Source: Chloroflexota bacterium (lineage in GTDB: Bacteria; Chloroflexota; Limnocylindria; Limnocylindrales; CSP1-4). From it: 64,000 nt of DNA. A program made the position numbers and the translations under genes. This document shows positions 27,446-37,504 of this stretch, in pieces. The notes beneath the pieces were generated by a model. That model ran no database searches. It was not told where the DNA came from and was given only the letters and a program-made list of their open reading frames with translations. Location: the NCBI GenBank assembly GCA_034435355.1, contig DAOTXE010000024.1, positions 7,017-71,016 on the forward strand, given 5' to 3'. Position 1 is the first letter of the stretch; each line of letters starts with the position of its first letter.

Positions 27446-27458
27446 CGTCCCCCGGCCC

Positions 27459-28223
27459 TTGCCGGGAGACGATCCGCTCGCTTCGCACGCCTCGGCGGCG
27501 CTCTCCGCCCGCCTCGGACTCGCCTTCGATGACCAGTCCCTGCTCGAACGCGCCCTGGTGCATGGCAGCTGGCTGCACGAACACCCGGGCGGGGCCCCGG
27601 GGCACAACGAGCGTCTGGAGTTCCTCGGCGATTCGGTGATCAGCCTGGTCGTCTCGGAGGCGCTCCATGCCCGCCACCCGCAGGACGACGAGGGCGTCCT
27701 GTCTGCGCGCCGCGCGGCGATCGTGAGCGCAAACGGGCTCGCCCGCCTGGCGCGGCGCATCGACCTGGGCGACGCGATCCTCCTCGGCGAGGGCGAATCC
27801 CAGCGCGGTGGCCGGGCCCGGGAGGCCCTGCTCGCGTCCTCCTTCGAGGCGCTGGCCGGCGCGATCTTCCTCGACGGCGGATGGGACGCGGCGCGCTCGT
27901 GGCTCCGCGCCCTCGCCGGACCGGAGCTCGAAGCGAATTCCCCTGTCGGCACCCTCAAGAGCCCGAAGAGCCGCCTCCAGGAGCTGACCCAGCGGTCGGG
28001 CTCGCGCCCGGCTTACCACGTCGTCCAGTCCTCCGGACCGGACCACGCGCGGGAGTTCGTCGTGGAGGTCTCCGTCGACGGGGACGTCATCGGGACCGGC
28101 ACGGGCAGCTCGCTCCGGCTGGCGCAGACGGCCGCGGCCCAGGCGGGCCTGGCGGCGCTCGGAAGGAGGCCTGGTGTCAACGCGGAGGCGAACGGAGGCC
28201 AGCGGGGGAGCCGCCACGTATGA
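27459..28223 (+). CDS. rnc: Ribonuclease III
   Basis: NERLEFLGDSVISLVVSEAL signature, SFEALAGAIFLDGG, C-terminal dsRBD (KS.LQE......P.Y.......GPDH...F.V.V). Confidence 0.94.
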   Translation: MPGDDPLASHASAALSARLGLAFDDQSLLERALVHGSWLHEHPGGAPGHNERLEFLGDSVISLVVSEALHARHPQDDEGVLSARRAAIVSANGLARLARRIDLGDAILLGEGESQRGGRAREALLASSFEALAGAIFLDGGWDAARSWLRALAGPELEANSPVGTLKSPKSRLQELTQRSGSRPAYHVVQSSGPDHAREFVVEVSVDGDVIGTGTGSSLRLAQTAAAQAGLAALGRRPGVNAEANGGQRGSRHV

Positions 28224-31200
28224 GCGCGCGGGCACGCCTTGTCGCGCTCCGTCTGCAGGGCTTCAAGTCGTTTGCCGAACGGACGGTGGTTGAGTTCGCG
28301 CCGGGGATCAACGCGGTCGTCGGCCCGAACGGCTCCGGCAAGAGCAACCTCGCGGATGCCCTCCGCTGGACGCTTGGCGAACAGGGCCGCGCAATCCGGT
28401 CGCGGCGTTCGGAGGACGTGGTGTTCGCGGGGTCCGAACGGCGCCCCGCGCTCGGGATGGCGGACGTCTCGCTCCTCCTCGACAACGCAGACGGGCTCGT
28501 CCCGGTCGACTTCTCGCAGCTCGAGCTGGGGCGGCGCCTGTACCGGTCGGGCGAGAACGACTACCTGGTCAACCGGCAGCGCGTCCGCCTGCGCGACCTG
28601 GTGGACCTGCTGGATGCCGCGCACCTCGCGGAGAACGCGTTCCTCTTCATCGGGCAGGGCATGGTCGATCAGGCGCTGGCCCTGCGGCCCGAGGAGCGGC
28701 GACCACTGTTCGAGGAGGTGGCCGGGGTTCGGCGCCACGAACGCCGGCGCCGCAGAGCCGAGGAGCAGCTGGAGGAGGCGACCGGGAACCTGGCCCGCGT
28801 GGAGGATGTCCTGGGCGAGCTGCGCCCGCAGGCACGCCGCCTGGCCGCCCAGGCCGAGCAGCAGGCGACCCGCGCCCGGGCGGGCGAGGAGCTGGCGGCC
28901 GCCCTGGTCGCCCGGATCGGCACCCGCTGGCACGGGGCCACGAAGGAGCACCGCCACACGGAGCGCGAGCTGGCCGACGCCAGGCAGGCCGCCGCGCTCG
29001 CCCTCGATGCGCTGCAGGTAGCCGAGAAGGGCGCAGCCGACGCGGCACGGGACCTCTCGGCGCGCGCGGACGCAGAGCGGGAGGCGCGCGATGCGCACGA
29101 GGCGGCCCGGGCCGCGCTCGCCGTCCTTCAGCTCGACGCCGCGCGGGCATCGGCCGAGGCAGCCGGGATCATCCGTGACAGCGATCGGCTCGCAGCGGAG
29201 CGCGCGGCGGCCGAAGCGGAGCTCGCGGCACGGCGGCGCGAGCTCGCCCTCCCGATGCCCGGGCCCGAGCCTGCGCTCGACGACGAGATCGCCGAACTCG
29301 AGCGTGCGCTCGCCGAGGCCCGCAGCGAGGCGCGGGCGCTGCTGACCGAGACGGCGGCTCGCTCGGAAGCCGAGGCTGCCGTCCGGCGCGCCGGACTGGC
29401 CCGGGTCGCGGAGGCGGAGGGGCTCGAGCGCCGCCTGGCCGATGTCGAGCGCCGCCATGCCGAGGAGCGGGCCGCGGCCGAGAAGGCAGCCAGGCGGGCC
29501 GCGGAGCTCGAGGGGGCAGCGGCAACCGCGCGGGCCGTGACGGATGCGGCCCGGGAGGCCGAGATTGCCGCCCAGGCGGCGCGCGATGCTGCCCAGGCGC
29601 ATGCTGCGACTGCCGACGCCGAGCGGCGTGCCGCCGCCGAGGCCGCCGAGGTGGCCGGATCCCGCGCGGCGACCCTCCGCGGGCGGCTCGAGGCGCTCCT
29701 GGACCGGCTCGCGGAGGACGAGACGCGGGGCATCGGCCGGGCGGCCCGCCGGCTCGGTGGCCGAGCCCTCGCAGCCGGCCTCGACGTCGATCCCGCTCTG
29801 CGGGTCGGGGTCTCGGGCGCGCTCGGCGAGCTGGCACGGGCGTTCGTGCTCCGCCGTGAGCGGGTGGGCGGCCTCACGGACGAGCGCGGCGTTGTCGTGA
29901 TCGACGACAGCGCGGGTCCCGGCGCCCGCCCGCCTGCCGCGACCGAGGCGGCCGCGGTCCGTGCCCTCGCCGGGGGGTTCGGGGGCGGTCTCCTGGCGGA
30001 CGCGGTCCGCGTGGATCCTGCGGCGGCCGCCTCCCGGCTCCTCGCCCGGTGCGCGTGGGTGCCCGCTCTCGCGGATGCGCTCGAGGTCGGGGCCCGGCTT
30101 CCCGCCGGGTGGAGCGTTGCGACGCGCACGGGTGCGGTTGTCAGCGCGGCCGGCGCCGTCAGCCTCGGGATCGTGGATGCACCGCTGGAGCGTCGCGCGG
30201 AGGCGGAGGCAGTCCGGCGTGACCTCGCTGCGGCCGAGGCGGAGCGCGATGCGTCCGCCGGTCGGCTGGCCCGCGCCGCCGGCGTGGCCGACGCTGCCGG
30301 GGCAGCCCAGGAGGCGGCGCGTCGCACGGAAGGCGAAACGGCGGCGCATCGCCGCGCGGCCGAGGAGGACGAACGCCGCGCCGCTCGCGGCGCGGAGCAG
30401 ACGGCGCGTGAAGCGGGCTGGCACGCATCGCGCGCCGTGGCGGTGGCCGCCGAGCGCGACGCCCTGGCAGACCGGCTCGCCTCCCTGGAGCGCAGCGCGC
30501 CGGGCACGGCAGATGTCGCGCCGACCGGAGGGCACGACGCGCAGGCCACGCCCGGCGCAGCCGCGACGGCTGACGCGGCGACCTCGCCGGAGGGAGCCGG
30601 CGCGCTGGCCGCCTGGGATGCGCGCGCAGCCGACCTGCAGACCAGGCGCGATCGTCTCGCTGCCGATCGAGCCGGGCGCGAGGCTCGGCGGCGCGCCGCC
30701 GAGGATCGGCGGGCGCGTGCCGACGCGGCGGCCACGGGTGCCGAGGAGCGGGTCGCCCGGGCGGACGCCGAGGCGTCGGCGCTGGCGCGGCGCGAGGAAG
30801 CGCTGGCAGCGCAGCGCATCGCCCGCGAGCGCGAGCTGGCCGAGGCGACCGTGCGCGAGGGGAGCGCCCGGGCGGTGCTCGAACGGTGCCTCGCCGCCGA
30901 CACTGCTGACCGTGAACGGCTTCGGCGCGCCGAGTCGTCCGTCGGTGGAGCGCGCGAGTCGCTCCGGCGTGCCGACGAGATCGTGCGGGAGGGGACGGTG
31001 GGCGAGCTCGAGGCGCGGCTCGGGATCGATGCGGTGCGGGAGCAGGCCCTGGTCGAGTTCGCGGGCCTCGGCGACGCCGGAGTCGACGCGCTCGAGGCCG
31101 TCGCTGCCGATGCTCCCGGGGGCACCCGGCCGACGACGCTCGCCGCGCCGGCGGAGACGGAGCCGGATGCCGACGATGGGGCGCGGCTGGCGGCGGCCCT

Positions 31201-31966
31201 TGCCCGAGCCGGCGAGCGGTGGGGGGCGCATGCTCCGGCCGACGAGGGCCCGCCGGCGGGTCGGCTCGCCGGTCTGCGGCGACGCTTCCACGAGCTCGGC
31301 GCATCGAACCCGTTTGCGGCGGAGGAGTACGCGACGGTTCGCGCGAGGCTCGAGGAGCTCGAGGCGCAGCGCCGGGATCTCGACCGCGCGATCGAGCGGA
31401 CTCGCGGGCTCATCACCGAGCTCGACAGCCTCATCGCGGGTCAGTTCAGGGCAACCTTCCGTGCGCTCGAAGCGGCCTTCGACCGCCGCTTCGGGCAGCT
31501 CTTTGGCGGCGGCTTCGCGCGGCTCAGCCTGACGGACCCCACCGATCTCGCGGCCACGGGCGTCGAGATCGTGGCGCGCCCACCCGGCAAGAAGGCCCAG
31601 TCGCTCTCGATGCTGTCGGGCGGTGAGCGCGCCCTGACGGCAGTCGCCCTCCTGTTCGCCATGCTGGAGGTCCGGCCGGTCCCGTTCTGCGTCCTCGACG
31701 AGGTGGACGCGGCACTCGACGAGGCGAACGTGGGCCGGTTCGTGGAGGCGCTCCGGGGTCTCGCGGCGACGACCCAGTTCGTGGTGATCACGCACAATCG
31801 CGGGACGATCGAGGCGGCGGACGCCCTGTTCGGCGTCACGGTCGGCGACGACGCGGTGAGCCGCGTGATCAGTCTCCGCCTCGACGAGGCGACGGCGATC
31901 GCCGAGCGCGTGACGGGCGACGGTTCGAGCGCGCGTACGACCACGGCCCCGGCGACGGCCAACTGA
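28220..31966 (+). CDS. smc: Chromosome partition protein Smc
   Basis: ATG 28220 (ATGA overlap with rnc stop). LQGFKSF, Walker A GPNGSGKSN, long Ala/Glu/Arg coiled coils with a central hinge, LSGGERALTAVALLFA, Walker B FCVLDEVDAALD, ITHN. Confidence 0.94.
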   Translation: MSARARLVALRLQGFKSFAERTVVEFAPGINAVVGPNGSGKSNLADALRWTLGEQGRAIRSRRSEDVVFAGSERRPALGMADVSLLLDNADGLVPVDFSQLELGRRLYRSGENDYLVNRQRVRLRDLVDLLDAAHLAENAFLFIGQGMVDQALALRPEERRPLFEEVAGVRRHERRRRRAEEQLEEATGNLARVEDVLGELRPQARRLAAQAEQQATRARAGEELAAALVARIGTRWHGATKEHRHTERELADARQAAALALDALQVAEKGAADAARDLSARADAEREARDAHEAARAALAVLQLDAARASAEAAGIIRDSDRLAAERAAAEAELAARRRELALPMPGPEPALDDEIAELERALAEARSEARALLTETAARSEAEAAVRRAGLARVAEAEGLERRLADVERRHAEERAAAEKAARRAAELEGAAATARAVTDAAREAEIAAQAARDAAQAHAATADAERRAAAEAAEVAGSRAATLRGRLEALLDRLAEDETRGIGRAARRLGGRALAAGLDVDPALRVGVSGALGELARAFVLRRERVGGLTDERGVVVIDDSAGPGARPPAATEAAAVRALAGGFGGGLLADAVRVDPAAAASRLLARCAWVPALADALEVGARLPAGWSVATRTGAVVSAAGAVSLGIVDAPLERRAEAEAVRRDLAAAEAERDASAGRLARAAGVADAAGAAQEAARRTEGETAAHRRAAEEDERRAARGAEQTAREAGWHASRAVAVAAERDALADRLASLERSAPGTADVAPTGGHDAQATPGAAATADAATSPEGAGALAAWDARAADLQTRRDRLAADRAGREARRRAAEDRRARADAAATGAEERVARADAEASALARREEALAAQRIARERELAEATVREGSARAVLERCLAADTADRERLRRAESSVGGARESLRRADEIVREGTVGELEARLGIDAVREQALVEFAGLGDAGVDALEAVAADAPGGTRPTTLAAPAETEPDADDGARLAAALARAGERWGAHAPADEGPPAGRLAGLRRRFHELGASNPFAAEEYATVRARLEELEAQRRDLDRAIERTRGLITELDSLIAGQFRATFRALEAAFDRRFGQLFGGGFARLSLTDPTDLAATGVEIVARPPGKKAQSLSMLSGGERALTAVALLFAMLEVRPVPFCVLDEVDAALDEANVGRFVEALRGLAATTQFVVITHNRGTIEAADALFGVTVGDDAVSRVISLRLDEATAIAERVTGDGSSARTTTAPATAN

Positions 31967-31982
31967 AGGAGCGCGGGCACCG

Positions 31983-33035
31983 ATGTTCTGGCGACGGCGG
32001 CCAACCGACCCCGACGGACCCGGGGTCGAACGCGCGCCCACGGAGGCCGGTCCCGGTGACGAACCCGACAGCGGCGACGCGCCCGGAGAGGGCGCCGCGC
32101 CATCCGCCGATGCCGCGACGGCGGACGCGCCGGGCGCGGGCCCGGACCCGACCCTGGGCCACGCGATGGAACGGAGCCGGAGCGGCTTCGTGGCGCGTCT
32201 CAAGGGACTCCTGGGCCGGGGCGACGCGGATGCCGCGACCTGGGAGGAGGTCGAGGAGACCCTGATCGCCGGCGATGTGGGAGCGACACTCGCCCTCGAG
32301 GTGGTCGAGCGGGCGCGCCGCCGTCGCGACGGCTCGGGCCCGATGGAGGCCGTGCGGGCAGAGCTGACGGCGCTGCTCGTCGACCGCGACGCCGACTGGG
32401 CACCGCGGCGGTCGGCCCCCGACGCCCCTGCGATCGTCCTCGTCGTGGGCGTCAACGGGACGGGCAAGACAACCACGATCGGGAAGCTCGCGTCCCGCTA
32501 TCGCGCCGAGGGGCAGACCGTCCTGCTCGCCGCGGGCGACACGTTTCGGGCCGCCGCCATCGAGCAGCTGCGGACCTGGGGCGACCGGTCCGGCGCGGCA
32601 GTGGTGGCGCACGCGCCCGGTGCCGATCCATCGGCGGTAATCTTCGACGCCATGGACGCGGCCGTCGCGCGGCGCGTGGACGTCCTGATCGCCGACACCG
32701 CGGGACGGCTGCACACGAAGGCGAACCTCATGGACGAGCTGGCGAAGATGCGCCGGGTGATCGATCGGCGGCTTCCCGGTTCGCAGCCCGAGGTCCTGTT
32801 CGTCCTCGACGCCACGACCGGGCAGAACGGCCTTGCGCAGGCGAAGGCGTTCCACGAATCGACCGGCCTGACCGGGATCATCCTCACGAAGCTCGACTCG
32901 ACGGCCAAGGGCGGCATCGTGTTCGCGATCGAACGGAGCCTCGGGGTGCCGGTTCGCTTCGTCGGGGTGGGGGAGAAGGTCGGTGACCTCGTCCGTTTCG
33001 AGCCGGCCGACTTCGTGAGCGCGCTCTTCGGCTGA
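31983..33035 (+). CDS. ftsY: Signal recognition particle receptor FtsY
   Basis: Acidic N-terminus; NG domain GVNGTGKTTTIGKLA, DTFRAAA, ADTAGRLH, TKLD.TAKGG. Confidence 0.94.
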   Translation: MFWRRRPTDPDGPGVERAPTEAGPGDEPDSGDAPGEGAAPSADAATADAPGAGPDPTLGHAMERSRSGFVARLKGLLGRGDADAATWEEVEETLIAGDVGATLALEVVERARRRRDGSGPMEAVRAELTALLVDRDADWAPRRSAPDAPAIVLVVGVNGTGKTTTIGKLASRYRAEGQTVLLAAGDTFRAAAIEQLRTWGDRSGAAVVAHAPGADPSAVIFDAMDAAVARRVDVLIADTAGRLHTKANLMDELAKMRRVIDRRLPGSQPEVLFVLDATTGQNGLAQAKAFHESTGLTGIILTKLDSTAKGGIVFAIERSLGVPVRFVGVGEKVGDLVRFEPADFVSALFG

Positions 33036-33061
33036 CGGGGCACGATCCCGGATCGGTGGGG

Positions 33062-33067
33062 TACACT
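33062..33067 (+). promoter_or_regulatory. Putative -10 element TACACT upstream of ffh
   Basis: TACACTCCGT, a member of the recurring motif, in the ftsY-ffh spacer 93 nt before the ffh ATG. Confidence 0.35.
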
Positions 33068-33159
33068 CCGTCTGCCTCGGTGTCGCCAGAACCCGCGCAC
33101 CGCGCGACGGCGCTCCCTGCGCCGCCAAGATCCCGGCCTGCAGGAGCCCGCACGCATCC

Positions 33160-34479
33160 ATGTTCGACGCCCTCTCCGATCGACTCCGCCGGACCCTCGG
33201 CGCGCTGACCGGCCGCGGCCGGGTCAGCGAGGCCGACGTGGAGACGGCCCTGCGCGAGGTACGGCTCGCGCTCCTGGAAGCGGACGTCAACTTCAAGGTC
33301 GTCAAGGACTTCACCGCCCGTGTTCGCGAGCGCGCGACCGGCGCGGAGATCCTGGCGTCGCTCAACGCCGGCCAGCAGGTCGTCAAGATCGTCAACGAGG
33401 AGCTGACGGCGCTCCTTTCCGGGGGCGACCGGGCGCTCCACCTCGCCGGGAGCCCCGCCGTGATCGCCCTCGTCGGTCTGCAGGGTTCGGGCAAGACCAC
33501 GACGGCCGCGAAGCTCGCACGGCATGTCGTCAAGATCGGCCGGCGCCCGCTCCTCGTCGCTGCCGACCCGTATCGGCCGGCCGCGATCGAGCAGCTCGCG
33601 ACCCTCGGGGCCGCCCTGGACCTCCCGGTCTTCGCGGCGCCGGCAGGGACGTCGGTGGCGGAGATCGGCCGGCTCGGGATCGCCCACGCCCGACACGAGG
33701 TCCGAGACACCGTGATCCTCGACACCGCCGGCCGGCTGACGATCGACGCGGTCCTCATGGCCGAGGTGACCGAGCTCGTCGAGGCCGTGCGGCCCGTGGA
33801 GACGCTGCTCGTCGTGGACGCGATGACCGGCCAGGAGGCAGTCAACGTGGCCCAGGCGTTCGCGGCCGCGGTCCCGCTCACCGGCCTGGTCCTCACCAAG
33901 ATCGATGGGGACGCGCGCGGCGGTGCGGCGCTCTCGATCAGCGCCGTCACGGGGCTGCCGGTCAAGTTCATCGGCACGGGCGAGAAGACGGACGCGCTGG
34001 AGCCGTTCCATCCGGACCGGCTCGCCGGCCGGATCCTCGGGATGGGCGACGTCCTCACGCTCATCGAACGGGCCCAGGACGCCTTCGACGCCAGCCAGGC
34101 CCAGCACGCTGCAGCCAAGATCCAGTCCGGGAGCTTCACCCTCGGGGACATGCTGGATCAGCTCCAGCAGGTCAAGAAGATGGGGCCGCTCGGACAGGTG
34201 ATGGAGCTGATTCCGGGCCTTGGCGGAATGGCGCGCCAGGCGCAGGATTCGGTCGACCGGGGTGACCTCCGGCGGACGGAGGCCATCATCCGGTCGATGA
34301 CCGCGGCCGAGCGGCGCGATCCGACCATCCTCAACGGCAGCCGGCGCCGGCGGATCGCGGTGGGATCCGGTACCTCGATCGTCGAGGTGAACCGGCTTGT
34401 GAAGCAGTTCGGCGAGATGCAGAAGCTCATGAAGCAGCTCCGTGGGGGCCGGCGGCTCCCCGGTGTCTTCGGCCGCTGA
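33160..34479 (+). CDS. ffh: Signal recognition particle protein Ffh
   Basis: MFDALSDRL, GLQGSGKTTTAAKLA, DTAGRL, TKIDGDARGGAALS, Met-rich M domain (MGPLGQVMELIPGLGGM). Confidence 0.95.
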   Translation: MFDALSDRLRRTLGALTGRGRVSEADVETALREVRLALLEADVNFKVVKDFTARVRERATGAEILASLNAGQQVVKIVNEELTALLSGGDRALHLAGSPAVIALVGLQGSGKTTTAAKLARHVVKIGRRPLLVAADPYRPAAIEQLATLGAALDLPVFAAPAGTSVAEIGRLGIAHARHEVRDTVILDTAGRLTIDAVLMAEVTELVEAVRPVETLLVVDAMTGQEAVNVAQAFAAAVPLTGLVLTKIDGDARGGAALSISAVTGLPVKFIGTGEKTDALEPFHPDRLAGRILGMGDVLTLIERAQDAFDASQAQHAAAKIQSGSFTLGDMLDQLQQVKKMGPLGQVMELIPGLGGMARQAQDSVDRGDLRRTEAIIRSMTAAERRDPTILNGSRRRRIAVGSGTSIVEVNRLVKQFGEMQKLMKQLRGGRRLPGVFGR

Positions 34480-34497
34480 GGTCGAGGGAGGCACACG

Positions 34498-36240
34498 ATG
34501 GCCGAGTTCACTCCCGTCCCGGTCGAGCCGGGAGCCCCGCGCCCGGGCGGCTCGCGACCGAGCGACGGCCGGTCAGGGCCCCGGGGGGGCCTGCTGCGCT
34601 GGGGGGTCGCCCTCGCCGTCACCGTGCTCGTGGTGGGGACAGCCTCCGCCGGCGCGATCCTGCTCGCGTCGGGGGCCACGACCTCGGCGATCGAAGGGTG
34701 GATCCCGAGCGGGACGGTCGCCTACCTCGAGGCGCGCGCGGACCTGCCGGGCGACCAGCGCCAGAACGTCGGCAACATCATCGCGACGTTTCCCGGGTTC
34801 CGGGACCAGTCGTCCCTCGACGCGAAGATCGACCAGGCGCTGGACCAGGCGCTCCAGGGGACCGGCATCAGCTGGACCGCCGATCTGAAGCCGTGGGTCG
34901 CCGGCGAGGTGGGCGTGGCGGTCACCCGCGACCTGCTCGACGCCGCCGCGGCGGCCCGGACGGCCCCCGCGAACGCCACGCCACCGGACCGCGGGTACGT
35001 CGTGCTCGCCAGCGTGAAGGACGTCGCCGCTGCCACCGCCTGGATCGCCAGGGAGGCCGGCGGCACGCCGTCGACGGTTGCCTACGGTGACGGGTCGATC
35101 ACCACCGTCACGCGCGACGGGGTGAACGTCGCCTGGGCGACCCGCGGGACGGTCCTGCTGCTGGGGGCCGAGGCGACCGTCAAGGCCGCCCTCGACACGA
35201 ACGGCGCGAGCCCGGTCGCCGCATCGAGCGCGTTCGTGGCGGCCAGGGGCTCGGCCCCCGACGCCTATCTCGGGTTCGGCTACCTCGACACCCGGACGCT
35301 CGTCGACGCGCTTCTCGCGATGTGGGGCAGCTCGGGCAACGTCCCGCAGGCCTGCCTGACCGGTGCGGTCGCGGCGCTGCCGGACTGGTCGGCCGGCTTC
35401 GTCCGCGCCGCCGCCGGCGCCATCGAGGTCGGCCAGGCGGCTCCCGCCGGGCCGGAGTCCGGCGCGTCGGGAGCCAGCGCGACGGACGCACCGAGCGCGA
35501 TCGCCGCGCACCTGCCGGCCACGACGCTCGTCGCGCTCGAGACCCGCCAGGCCGGACCGGCACTTGTCGCCCTCTGGTCGGGCCTGAAGGCCGGGATTGC
35601 CTGTGACGCCGCAGCGAAGCGCGCGCTCGACCAGGTCGACGTGGCGCTTACCGCGGTCGGCGGCATCGGGTCGCTGGCCGGCTGGGCGGGCGACGCGGCG
35701 ATCGCCCTGACCCCGGACGGCACGGCGTGGGGCGGGGGCCTGGCGGCCATCGCGACGGACCCGGCGGCGGCGACGCGCACGCTCGACCAGCTCAAGGCGG
35801 TCCTCGGGCTCGCCGGCGGCGCAGCCGGGATCACGTACTCCGAGCAGCCCTACGGCGGCGGCACGATCGGGATCGTGACGCTCCCGGCAACTCACGGCAT
35901 TGCGATCCCGCCGCTCGCCGTCTCCGTCCAGGGCGGCGTGTTCGCCCTCGGCACGCTCGATTTCGTGAAGGCCGTGATCGACACGCCGGCCGGCGGCGGG
36001 CTCGCGGCTCAATCGAGCTACGCGCACGCCATCGACCTCGCCGGCGGCGCCGGCGTCATGGACACCTATGTCAACATCACGGGCCTCCGGGCCGGGCTCG
36101 AGGCGCTGATCCCGGTGGGCGACCAGGCACGCTACGCCACGGACATCGAGCCGTTCCTCGAGCCGTTCGATTCGCTCGCGAGCGTCGTGAAGGCCCCGGC
36201 CGGCGCGCGGACGAGCCGTCTCGTCGTCGTCTTCAAGTAG
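34498..36240 (+). CDS. Membrane-anchored hypothetical protein, DUF3352-like (580 aa)
   Basis: GAGGGAGG SD; short cytoplasmic N-terminus, one TM helix ([22 protein letters not shown]), then a large Ala/Gly/Thr-rich extracytoplasmic domain. The N-terminal part ([39 protein letters not shown]) recalls DUF3352 from memory only. Confidence 0.65.
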   Translation: MAEFTPVPVEPGAPRPGGSRPSDGRSGPRGGLLRWGVALAVTVLVVGTASAGAILLASGATTSAIEGWIPSGTVAYLEARADLPGDQRQNVGNIIATFPGFRDQSSLDAKIDQALDQALQGTGISWTADLKPWVAGEVGVAVTRDLLDAAAAARTAPANATPPDRGYVVLASVKDVAAATAWIAREAGGTPSTVAYGDGSITTVTRDGVNVAWATRGTVLLLGAEATVKAALDTNGASPVAASSAFVAARGSAPDAYLGFGYLDTRTLVDALLAMWGSSGNVPQACLTGAVAALPDWSAGFVRAAAGAIEVGQAAPAGPESGASGASATDAPSAIAAHLPATTLVALETRQAGPALVALWSGLKAGIACDAAAKRALDQVDVALTAVGGIGSLAGWAGDAAIALTPDGTAWGGGLAAIATDPAAATRTLDQLKAVLGLAGGAAGITYSEQPYGGGTIGIVTLPATHGIAIPPLAVSVQGGVFALGTLDFVKAVIDTPAGGGLAAQSSYAHAIDLAGGAGVMDTYVNITGLRAGLEALIPVGDQARYATDIEPFLEPFDSLASVVKAPAGARTSRLVVVFK

Positions 36241-36275
36241 GACCCCAGTCCCAGCAGGAGGAGCAGAACCAGGAC

Positions 36276-36530
36276 ATGGCAGCACGCATTCGCCTCACCC
36301 GTGTCGGCGCGACGAAGCAGCCGGCATACCGCGTGGTCGTGGCCGACAGCCGGAGCCCCCGCGACGGCCGAACGATCGAGATCCTCGGCCATTACAACCC
36401 CCGGACCGAGCCGGTCGACTTCGCGGTCGACATGGAAAAGACCAAGTCGTGGCTGGCCAAGGGGGCCCTGCCGAGCGACACGGTCGCGCGGCTCCTGCGC
36501 GATGCCGGCGTTCTGCCGGCCGCGAAGTAG
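36276..36530 (+). CDS. rpsP: 30S ribosomal protein S16
   Basis: [39 protein letters not shown]. Confidence 0.95.
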   Translation: MAARIRLTRVGATKQPAYRVVVADSRSPRDGRTIEILGHYNPRTEPVDFAVDMEKTKSWLAKGALPSDTVARLLRDAGVLPAAK

Positions 36531-36542
36531 GAAGGGGTTCTG

Positions 36543-36776
36543 ATGGCCGCCCCGCAGCTCATCGAGTTCGTGGCCAAGTCGCTCGTCGATCACCCGGACC
36601 AGGTGGAGGTCGTCGTCAGCCAGGAGGGCGGCGCGACCATCATCGAGCTCCGCGTGGCCGAGGACGACATGGGCAAGGTGATCGGCCGGAACGGGAGCGT
36701 CGCCAAGGCGCTTCGGACGCTCCTCAAGGTCGTCGGTGCCCGTGACGGCGAGCAGGTCCAGCTGGAGATCGTCTGA
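36543..36776 (+). CDS. KH domain RNA-binding protein (YlqC/UPF0109 family)
   Basis: 77 aa; LVDHPDQVEV......ATIIELRVAEDDMGKVIGRNGSVAKALRTLL with GxxG KH motif; conserved between rpsP and rimM. Confidence 0.9.
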   Translation: MAAPQLIEFVAKSLVDHPDQVEVVVSQEGGATIIELRVAEDDMGKVIGRNGSVAKALRTLLKVVGARDGEQVQLEIV

Positions 36777-36823
36777 TCCCGGGCACTCCCTCCCCGGACG
36801 CGTCGCGACTCGTCGTCGCGCTC

Positions 36824-37492
36824 GTGCGGGGCTTTCACGGCGTGAACGGCGGCCTCCGGGTCGAGGTCCTCACCGACGATCCGGCCGCCCGGTTCGCGCC
36901 CGGTGCCCAGCTCCACGCGGAGGGCACGGCCGAGCCGTTGACCGTCGTCGAGGCATGGGCCGCGGCGCCCGGCTGGATCGTGCGGTTCCGCGAGATCCCC
37001 TCGCGCAGCGCGGCTGCCGCGTACCTCTCGACCTATCTCGAGGTCGACGCTGCCCGCGTGGACGCCCTGCCGCGAGGGCGCTACTACTGGCACGAGCTCA
37101 TCGGCTGTCCGGTCGTCGACCCGGAGGGCGAGGCGCTCGGCATCGTGCGCGACATGTACCGATCCGGCGGCGCGGAGATTCTCGTCGTCGAGGGTGGCCC
37201 GCGCGGCGCGTTCGACCTCCCGGTCGCGCGACCGTTCGTGCGGATCCTGGCGCCTCGCCGCGGCGAGATCGTCGCCGACCCGGACGCCCTCGACCTCCCA
37301 TCCGCGGACGCGATCCGTCCCGCGCGGCCCCCGCGCCCTCCCCGTCCCCGCAAGGGCGAGCAGTCGCCGAGCCGCCCGCGCCCGTCCACCGAGGATCTGC
37401 CTCCCGACGATGCCGCGCCTGGCGCGGGCGTGCCGGACACCTCCGGCAGCGACCCGGGAAGCCCGGCCCCTCCCGAGCCGGCAACGGGCTAG
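36824..37492 (+). CDS. rimM: Ribosome maturation factor RimM with Pro-rich C-terminal tail
   Basis: GFHGVNGGLRVEVLTDDP, PRGRYYWHELIGC.V, PRC-barrel region. GTG 36824 is the first canonical start, but RimM-like residues (SRLVVALV) continue upstream in frame. Confidence 0.85.
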   Translation: MRGFHGVNGGLRVEVLTDDPAARFAPGAQLHAEGTAEPLTVVEAWAAAPGWIVRFREIPSRSAAAAYLSTYLEVDAARVDALPRGRYYWHELIGCPVVDPEGEALGIVRDMYRSGGAEILVVEGGPRGAFDLPVARPFVRILAPRRGEIVADPDALDLPSADAIRPARPPRPPRPRKGEQSPSRPRPSTEDLPPDDAAPGAGVPDTSGSDPGSPAPPEPATG

Positions 37493-37504
37493 GGGTCCGC
37501 TCGC

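Noticed and set aside
28900-31300. Highly repetitive Ala/Glu/Arg-coding DNA considered as a tandem repeat or low-complexity island
   Set aside because: It lies entirely within the two coiled-coil arms of smc. The periodicity is at the heptad and amino-acid level, with no exact nucleotide repeats that I could trace.
28013-32476. 1487-aa minus-strand ORF, and the nested 768-aa and 381-aa ORFs, opposite smc
   Set aside because: They are antisense to smc, whose Walker A, signature and Walker B motifs are unambiguous. Their composition is Arg/Ala/Pro-rich and repetitive, mirroring the smc coiled-coil codons.
31869-34151. 760-aa minus-strand ORF opposite ftsY/ffh, and the 726-aa ORF 2785..4965 overlapping the LCP gene in another frame
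   Set aside because: These are the same GC-driven artefact. The SRP GTPase motifs (+ strand) and LCP motifs (the other minus frame) account for the coding signal.
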